A DNA stretch of 64,000 nucleotides, from NCBI GenBank assembly GCA_964016885.1, contig OZ024756.1, forward strand, positions 28,706,001-28,770,000, read 5' to 3'. The notes under the pieces were generated by a model, which saw only the letters and a program-made list of their open reading frames with translations, made no database searches and was not told where the DNA came from. The position numbers and the translations under genes are program-made. Source of the stretch: Eledone cirrhosa (Eukaryota). This document shows positions 61,501 through 64,000 of the stretch, piece by piece. The first letter of the stretch is position 1, and each line of letters opens with the position of its first letter.

Positions 61501-63587
61501 GGGACATTTTAACCTCATGTCAGGTAGTATCGTAGCTGTGATCTCTCAATTTGGAGAAGTAGCAGCTCTACCTGGAGTGACTCTCTCATCTCCAAACTAC
61601 ACACTCTATTGAGTAATGTTATTCCAAAGACCCTTTCGGAGGAACCCCCATTTCAGCTGCTGATAAATAAAATACCAGTCATATAGTAGGATGGGGGATT
61701 GGTGTAATTGTCAGGATGTTTTGATGAAATACTTCTCCCTGCATGTCATAAGAAGTGACTGAAAGGGTTGGTGTTGGGAAGGGCATCTGGCTGTAAAACA
61801 TTGCCTCAAAAAGTACTATACTAACATAGAAAAGTTGACATAATCATAATGATGATGGTAGTGATGATCTCTTTTCTATCTTTCACCTTTGTTTCTTCTT
61901 TCTTTTCCATGTTTAGAGGTGCGAAGATTGATTCTGATAGTGTGAACTGTGTTGCCATTGACGACAGCCCACAGAATTCTAGTGCCAGGATGATGGTAGC
62001 TGCTTTTGTCCACATGAACTCCATAGGTAGTAATGTGATCACACGAGACACAACATTGATGCCACACATAGCAGGACTTCCATCTTTGGTTGCCATGCTG
62101 TTCACGCCTTATTGTGAACTGAGGTGAGAGGTCTTCGCTTTCTATTTTCACTTTCATTTTGGTTTTATTCTATTTATGTGTGTGTGTGTGCATATGTACG
62201 TATCATCATTTTACGTCCGCTTTTCCCTGCTTGCAAGGGTGGGACGGGAACTGATTCTGGCTTGATTTCTACAGCTGGATGCCCTTCCTAACACCAACCT
62301 CATTTACAGTGAGTGCTGGGTGCTTTTTTTCCGTGGCACCTCCACGACCACTTTGCAGTGAGTGCTGGGTGCTTTTTTTGCCGTGGCACCTCCACGACCA
62401 CTTTACAGTGGAATGATATGGACCCCAGTCCCTATCATCTCATTTCTACAGCTGAGTAAACTGGAGCAATGTGAAATAAAGTGTCTTGCTCAAGGAAACA
62501 ACACAACACCCGATCTGAGAATTGAACTCACAACCTTTTGATTGCAAGGCCAATGCTCTAACCACTAAGCCATGTGCCTATATATATATATATATATATA
62601 TTTGAAAGAGTCGGGGCCCGACAGCTGAGCTCTTGCCGTTTTGACAGCTAGTTCCACACTCAGCTACCGAGTACTCTGTTGACTAGTCTAATATTGATTT
62701 AATCGTGCAAAGTGGTCGTGGAGGTGCCACGGCAAAAAAGCACCCAGCCCACACTGTAAAGTGGACGTGTAGGCGCCATGGAAAAAAGCACCCAGCACTC
62801 ACTGTAAAGTGGACGTGTAGGCGCCATGGAAAAAAGCACCCAGCACTCACTGTAAATGAGGTTGGTGTTAGGAAGGGCATCCAGCTGTAGAAATCAAGTC
62901 AGAATCAGTTCCCGTATGAGCAAGGCATGGTCAGCCAATGGGCTACTACCCACAACAGGACAACCCGTCTAACCCATGCTAGCGTGGAATAACGGACGTA
63001 AAACGGTGATGATGATGATGATATATATGAGAGAGAGAGAGACTAGACAATTGATCCAATTTTGAAGCTGTTCCCTACAACAGTTAAATACTGGAAGAAT
63101 ATTCTATGGTTTTTTAATATTTTTAACATAATTATTTACATAATTTTTTTTAAAACATAAATTTTTATATATATTTTTTATACATAAATTTTATACATAG
63201 TTTTTATACATAATTTTTTAGACAGATTTTTATATTTTTTTTTTGTACATAAACTTTATATATAGGTTTTTATAGTTCTTTATACATAAATTGCATATAG
63301 AATCTTTTGTACATAATTCTTATGCATAAATTTTATACTTAGTTTTTTATATATAATTTTTAAAAATCTTATTTTTACTTTTATTTCATTGATTTTGTGT
63401 GTGTTTCCTTCTGTAAAATTACCCTAACTTTGACCATTACCATTATAGGACCGATAAAAATATGACTTATTACACAGGCGCCATTTGTGGTTTGGGCTTC
63501 GATAATGAAACTGGAGCATCTATCTACCCAGAACATGACATGGAGATTGAGTTTGATTCTAAAATTGATCTTGATGATATATTTAAG
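22658..63587 (+). CDS. TDRD9: Gene span of TDRD9/spindle-E ATP-dependent DExH RNA helicase with Tudor domain (34 coding exons in window, 3' end beyond window)
   Basis: Exons joined at GT-AG sites with matching phases give an uninterrupted 1301-codon frame. Motifs: GPTGSGKTT, TQPRRIAA, DEIH, MSAT, LIFLPG, STNIAESSIT, QRKGRAGR, GAFYPNYF, Tudor FYRA..V/FVDYGN, HGPSNPLE, CGLG..YPEHDME. Confidence 0.95.
23253..23315 (-). ncRNA. Type I hammerhead motif (AT-rich family) in a ~270 bp element, approx. 23212-23483
   Basis: AUUUUAU-CUGAUGA-AAG..CACC..GGUG..CUU-GAA-AUA(ug)UAU-A-AUGAAAU. Confidence 0.75.
24175..24253 (+). CDS. TDRD9: TDRD9 exon 2 (SYSVEERTQYALKYQADEQKKWIQQSQ)
   Basis: ttgcag acceptor, CAG|gtgagt donor, open frame, phase 2 to 0. 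Confidence 0.75.
24405..25620. repeat. Trinucleotide-derived (ACT/ACC/ATC) array with ~120 bp higher-order unit, intron 2
   Basis: Recurrent acaaccgtcactactgttactactactaccattaccagcaccactgccatc. Confidence 0.93.
25652..25834 (+). CDS. TDRD9: TDRD9 exon 3 (IHDLNV...SALPIEEHKNQ)
   Basis: ttctag acceptor, CAG|gtaac donor; LPI segment that precedes helicase motif I. Confidence 0.88.
26782..26820 (+). ncRNA. Minimal type I hammerhead ribozyme, sense in TDRD9 intron 3
   Basis: UGAAC-CUGAAGA-U-UGC(GAAA)GCA-U-GAA-AG(ua)CU-U-GUUCA; palindromic AAGUACUU stem III. Confidence 0.88.
27567..27750 (-). mobile_element. Family A SINE, young copy
   Basis: Near-identical to the reverse complement of 27821-28003. 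Confidence 0.9.
27821..28003 (+). mobile_element. Family A SINE, young copy with flanking direct repeat
   Basis: cattattgaatttcc occurs at 27801 and 28004. Confidence 0.9.
28055..28276 (+). CDS. TDRD9: TDRD9 exon 4, Walker A and motif Ia
   Basis: ILNTVESNQVTVIQGPTGSGKTTQVPQ...TQPRRIAA...CGYQ; acag / gtgaga. Confidence 0.97.
29215..29337 (+). CDS. TDRD9: TDRD9 exon 5
   Basis: VGMDREVSPNTRLTYMTTGVLLQKL...THVILDE; tgtag / gtttgt. Confidence 0.96.
29385..29725 (+). mobile_element. RTE-clade LINE 3' fragment
   Basis: ERRLHWYGHVMRMEDDHLVKKC...RSRGRPRKTWAEVVRADL; frameshifted. Confidence 0.88.
29899..29979 (+). CDS. TDRD9: TDRD9 exon 6
   Basis: IHERDQETDFCILIVRKFLRSNSKGIR completes DE|IH; ccag / gtaagt. 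Confidence 0.96.
30896..31054 (+). CDS. TDRD9: TDRD9 exon 7, motif III
   Basis: MILMSATLDSEMFANYF...EYYVEDLSRLGT; tgtag / gtaagt. Confidence 0.96.
31105..31325. mobile_element. piggyBac-type MITE, same family
   Basis: TTAA/CTAA flanks, same TIR and body. Confidence 0.9.
31685..32190. repeat. (CAC)n-rich compound repeat
   Basis: Directly visible. Confidence 0.9.
32241..32344 (+). CDS. TDRD9: TDRD9 exon 8
   Basis: VQQLDPDNPHITAETQQLAVNLIKHFDTFEVKEQG; ttag / gtaagt. Confidence 0.88.
32350..32700. repeat. Diverged ~38 bp G-run tandem repeat filling intron 8
   Basis: gtagcttt(t)cattgatgc(t/c)ct(a)ggggtgggg..gaaa, about 9 copies. Confidence 0.8.
32783..32841 (+). CDS. TDRD9: TDRD9 exon 9, motif IV
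   Basis: NDPHSGQQPICGSVLIFLPG; ctag / gtatgt. Confidence 0.92.
32858..33250. repeat. (CAT)n/(CAC)n low-complexity tract
   Basis: Directly visible. Confidence 0.9.
33494..33891. mobile_element. Tandem dimer of the piggyBac-type MITE
   Basis: Two head-to-tail bodies joined at ~33710; second lacks most of its left TIR. Confidence 0.88.
33950..34007 (+). CDS. TDRD9: TDRD9 exon 10
   Basis: GLADIDKLYDKLKSLPGQHR; tacag / gtttgt; phase 1 to 2. Confidence 0.88.
34587..34679 (-). ncRNA. Type I hammerhead ribozyme, U3-A8 variant with long stem II
   Basis: UCCUC-UUGAUAA-GU(c)GGCA...UGCC-AC-GAA-AC(uacgua)GU-C-GAGGA; GUC triplet. Confidence 0.8.
35210..35790. repeat. 32 bp minisatellite (actacaccaccatcctactacaccattatacc)
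   Basis: Period 32, read from 35401 to 35433. Confidence 0.95.
35857..35941 (+). CDS. TDRD9: TDRD9 exon 11
   Basis: LVLMPLHSLVTIDEQNKVFLPTSPGYRK; tacag / gtatac. Confidence 0.94.
36010..36310. repeat. ~10 bp periodic repeat (agttatatct/agttatagct) filling intron 11
   Basis: Directly visible. Confidence 0.85.
36403..36460 (+). CDS. TDRD9: TDRD9 exon 12, motif V
   Basis: VILSTNIAESSITVPDIKY; ctag / gtaagt. Confidence 0.96.
37044..37175. repeat. Long inverted repeat (53 bp arms, 26 bp spacer)
   Basis: gcgcagaaatgctataaatatagcttataaaatagggtgaagacccttaaaag versus its near-perfect reverse complement at 37123-37175. Confidence 0.92.
37407..37511 (+). CDS. TDRD9: TDRD9 exon 13
   Basis: VIDFCLTKNLMCDSQTNFTSLQLDWASKANCIQRKG; cacag / gtaaag. 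Confidence 0.96.
38385..38482 (+). CDS. TDRD9: TDRD9 exon 14, motif VI
   Basis: RAGRVSNGRVYRLITRTFWHNHIPDYNTPEMQ; tgcag / gtaagt. Confidence 0.96.
38546..38739. mobile_element. piggyBac-type MITE, same family
   Basis: TTAA TSD on both sides. Confidence 0.9.
38799..38965. mobile_element. Tc/mariner (Tc2/pogo-like) MITE
   Basis: TA-CTGTATTTACCGGCACCGAAGACGCT ... AGTGTCTTTGACGCCGGGAAATACGG-TA imperfect TIRs. Confidence 0.8.
39184..39315 (+). CDS. TDRD9: TDRD9 exon 15
   Basis: RCPLDLLVLQTKILDLGEPKAILGLALAPPNLDDIERTILDLKE; ttag / gtaagc. Confidence 0.95.
40064..40226 (+). CDS. TDRD9: TDRD9 exon 16, HA2 domain
   Basis: IGALALTLNG...DADLTYMGRVIASLPTDIRIGKLLVWGHVFGFLKECLIL; gtag / gtaagt. Confidence 0.95.
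40589..40809. mobile_element. piggyBac-type MITE, same family
   Basis: TTAA TSD on both sides. Confidence 0.9.
41203..41266 (+). CDS. TDRD9: TDRD9 exon 17
   Basis: AAALSLKSLVSRPYKKHLESYQ; tgtag / gtaagt. Confidence 0.92.
42335..42398 (+). CDS. TDRD9: TDRD9 exon 18
   Basis: RKFSWADGSFSDCIATVNIYK; tacag / gtaaga. Confidence 0.94.
42806..42907 (+). CDS. TDRD9: TDRD9 exon 19
   Basis: VWERNCAYGIFKRRGQSEVEWGKANFVQIRRIHE; atcag / gtaagg. Confidence 0.93.
43210..43490 (+). mobile_element. RTE-clade LINE 3' fragment
   Basis: KRRLRWYGHVMRMKDDSCIKKC...GRPRKTWDDLINSDL. Confidence 0.88.
44480..45015 (-). mobile_element. RTE-clade LINE 3' fragment with (GAT)n tail
   Basis: MRQLERNEASMLHWM...ERRLRWYGHVMRMEDD. 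Confidence 0.88.
45092..45155 (-). ncRNA. Type I hammerhead motif (AT-rich family)
   Basis: AUUUUAU-CUGAUGA-AAG..CACCA..UGGUG..CUU-GAA-AUA(ug)UAU-A-AUAAAAU; perfect 7-bp stem I. Confidence 0.78.
45789..45839 (-). ncRNA. Type I hammerhead motif with C3U change
   Basis: GGCUUC-UUGAUGA-U-UUC(uccc)GAA-U-GAA-ACAG(uucuaguc)CUGU-A-GAAGCC. Confidence 0.75.
45943..46312 (-). mobile_element. Non-autonomous Helitron carrying a (TG)n tract
   Basis: Minus strand begins A|TC-TATATATATAAAA and ends GCAACGCTG-CTAG|T (5' TC, 3' CTAG, A-T target). Confidence 0.75.
46334..46453 (+). CDS. TDRD9: TDRD9 exon 20
   Basis: IAELVRELEFRLKQFNLRIP...EEKLLFK; ttcag / gttaca. Confidence 0.92.
46520..47019. mobile_element. 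mariner-type MITE with its internal 149 bp segment triplicated
   Basis: Same TIRs as 15253; taggctgacta recurs at 46542, 46691 and 46840. Confidence 0.85.
47074..47181 (+). CDS. TDRD9: TDRD9 exon 21
   Basis: LIICGAFYPNYFIRDKIDEAQVMKMMSGKDPYNTVM; tgtag / gttagt. Confidence 0.95.
47622..47725 (+). CDS. TDRD9: TDRD9 exon 22
   Basis: INGLPPNQGSLYKSQIEQLFYPCGNILALHMEESK; cccag / gtgagt. Confidence 0.92.
48760..48810 (-). ncRNA. Type I hammerhead ribozyme, same family as 45789
   Basis: AGCUUC-CUGAAGA-U-UU(caucua)AA-U-GAA-ACAG(uacuaguc)CUGU-A-GAAGCU; GUA triplet. Confidence 0.82.
48935..49105 (+). mobile_element. tRNA-derived SINE family B with CORE-like segment
   Basis: tggcttagtggttaga A box, gagttcaattc B box, ccttgagcaagacactt; copies at ~13400, 13755, 28328, 47265 and 62410(-). 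Confidence 0.82.
49411..49474 (-). ncRNA. Hammerhead motif in left arm of inverted repeat, G8A core change (probably inactive)
   Basis: AUUUUGU-CUGAGAA-AGG..CAUAUU(guu)AAUAUG..CC-GAA-AUAUAUAU-A-AUGAAAU. Confidence 0.62.
49564..49627 (+). ncRNA. Hammerhead motif in right arm of inverted repeat, sense in TDRD9 intron 22
   Basis: AUUUUGU-CUGAGGA-AAG..CAUAUU(guu)AAUAUG..C-GAA-AUAUAUAU-A-AUGAAAU. Confidence 0.7.
49951..50064 (+). CDS. TDRD9: TDRD9 exon 23
   Basis: IFIEFARHFSMNR...VNPAVYLAIKMK; tctag / gtgagt. Confidence 0.92.
50098..52480. repeat. 58 bp minisatellite, ~40 copies, intron 23
   Basis: tctctcattcctttactgggtgcagacattggacttgggccatgctggggcaccacat, period 58 (50101, 50159 and onward). 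Confidence 0.98.
52592..52717 (+). CDS. TDRD9: TDRD9 exon 24
   Basis: RISYRPLELEQFSREAANKLM...MLRTNR; tacag / gtcagt; phase 2 to 2. Confidence 0.87.
52755..53135 (+). mobile_element. Second RTE-like LINE family, 3' fragment
   Basis: EIYAGLPRISVVVCKRRVRFAGHCHR...LVLWKP...SYPDVISRDSG...AMNDRSTWR; related pieces at ~21745-21965 (+) and 36885-37040 (-). Confidence 0.8.
53276..53360 (+). CDS. TDRD9: TDRD9 exon 25
   Basis: ITAEIDSVGKQVDLPNYSISVIQIMVTE; gacag / gtaagt. Confidence 0.88.
53830..54640. repeat. 48 bp minisatellite amplified from the internal unit of a SINE-like element, ~17 copies
   Basis: actttacagtgtggactgggtaccttttgtcatgtcaccaacacaacc; related arrays at ~37610-37990 (-), 58880-59190 and 59720-60090. 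Confidence 0.92.
54735..54833 (+). CDS. TDRD9: TDRD9 exon 26, extended Tudor N-part
   Basis: VLECGHFWARYVDQENSLYFVQSSLNMNPQDLQ; tgtag / gttggt. Confidence 0.92.
55631..55666 (+). ncRNA. Minimal type I hammerhead (loop-less stem III, dimer type), sense in TDRD9 intron 26
   Basis: UCUU-CUGAUGA-A-GGA(cuagca)UCC-GAAAC-GUU-AAGA; palindrome AACGUU. Confidence 0.82.
55900..55950 (-). ncRNA. Hammerhead motif with U4A core change, in element approx. 55790-56305
   Basis: AGUUU-CAGAAGA-U-CCC(guuaa)GGG-U-GAA-AGC..GCU-U-AAACU. Confidence 0.68.
56398..56508 (+). CDS. TDRD9: TDRD9 exon 27, Tudor core
   Basis: PIFRNIHVGMVCAAPYKDEQVNFYRAQVEAIHNNMAH; tgtag / gtaagt. Confidence 0.94.
56618..57120 (-). mobile_element. 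(GAT)n-tailed SINE-like repeat family C, young copy with internal tandem duplication
   Basis: ctggatgcccttcctaacaccaaccacatttacagtgtgg core; near-identical to 11695-12055, opposite-orientation copies at 45191-45558, 43500-43870 and 49725-49890, and many older copies. Confidence 0.85.
57125..57645 (-). mobile_element. Two adjacent RTE-clade LINE 3' fragments
   Basis: Match the 43210 and 44480 families; GRPRKTWDELINSD. Confidence 0.85.
58141..58230 (+). CDS. TDRD9: TDRD9 exon 28, Tudor core
   Basis: VFFVDYGNMEFVPFNDLKLLPQNLDNVPFQ; tttag / gtgagt. Confidence 0.96.
58424..58546 (+). CDS. TDRD9: TDRD9 exon 29
   Basis: AFECYLSEIHPSPIKCFDGCWSQESTDYFQ...IYAQ; ttcag / gtgagt. Confidence 0.94.
59409..59540 (+). 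CDS. TDRD9: TDRD9 exon 30
   Basis: IYSVVGKVLRVELI...INQKLIDLGFADSTEESFLSK; tgcag / gtaatt. Confidence 0.95.
60643..60777 (+). CDS. TDRD9: TDRD9 exon 31
   Basis: KNHEERKRAQ...SVRCVGK; tccag / gtcagt. Confidence 0.88.
61002..61072 (+). CDS. TDRD9: TDRD9 exon 32
   Basis: IKLHGPSNPLEMSFCGMTNSGRLR; tccag / gtaagt. Confidence 0.94.
61917..62123 (+). CDS. TDRD9: TDRD9 exon 33
   Basis: GAKIDSDSVNCVAIDDSPQ...RDTTLMPHIAGLPSLVAMLFTPYCELR; tttag / gtgaga. Confidence 0.95.
63449..63587 (+). CDS. TDRD9: TDRD9 exon 34 (last in window)
   Basis: TDKNMTYYTGAICGLGFDNETGASIYPEHDMEIEFDSKIDLDDIFK; tatag / gtatat. Confidence 0.94.
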
Positions 63588-64000
63588 GTATATACATATA
63601 GACATTGATCTATCACATATTTATATAGTGTTGGTGATCTATATGATTAATGACCACCCAGAACACTCTGTAAAATAGTTAGTGATAGGAAGGGTATCCA
63701 GCTGTAAAAAAACTTGTCATACAAAGTGCTGTGAGGATTCTTCAGTTGTGCCATAGAGACAATCTCCCTAAGTTTGGTGAATTAGAAAATAAACACACCC
63801 AGTACACTCTGTTAAATGGTTAGTCATGGGAAGGGCATCCAGCCATAGAAAACCTGTCATACAAAATGCCAGTAGGACTCTTCAGTTGTGCCATAGACAA
63901 GATAACCTCCTCAGTGCTGATGATTTCAGCAATAAATGCACCCAGTACACTCTGTAAAGTGGTTGGTGATAGGAATGGTATCTAACCATAGAAAACTTGC

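Overview
AT-rich, repeat-dense animal genomic DNA; the repeat landscape suggests a coleoid cephalopod such as octopus (inference). The first ~22 kb is mostly (TA)n/(TG)n microsatellite, minisatellites, SINEs and MITEs. Nearly all long ORFs in the supplied track are repeat artefacts. From 22658 the + strand carries one large spliced gene: 34 GT-AG coding exons with matching phases, 3903 nt (1301 codons), still open at the window end. It encodes a DExH helicase, HA2/OB region and Tudor domain, identifying it as TDRD9/spindle-E of the piRNA pathway. The most striking hidden structure is a set of type I hammerhead ribozyme motifs: 11 complete or near-complete motifs plus 4 truncated ones, in about 8 sequence families. 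One lies directly 3' of a Naiad-like Penelope GIY-YIG endonuclease ORF. The rest sit in short non-coding elements that mostly end at (TA)n tracts, often with snap-back inversions, and three are in sense orientation inside TDRD9 introns. piggyBac, mariner and Tc2-type MITEs, a Helitron and several RTE LINE 3' fragments are also present. All folds and alignments were read by eye; none was computed or searched.
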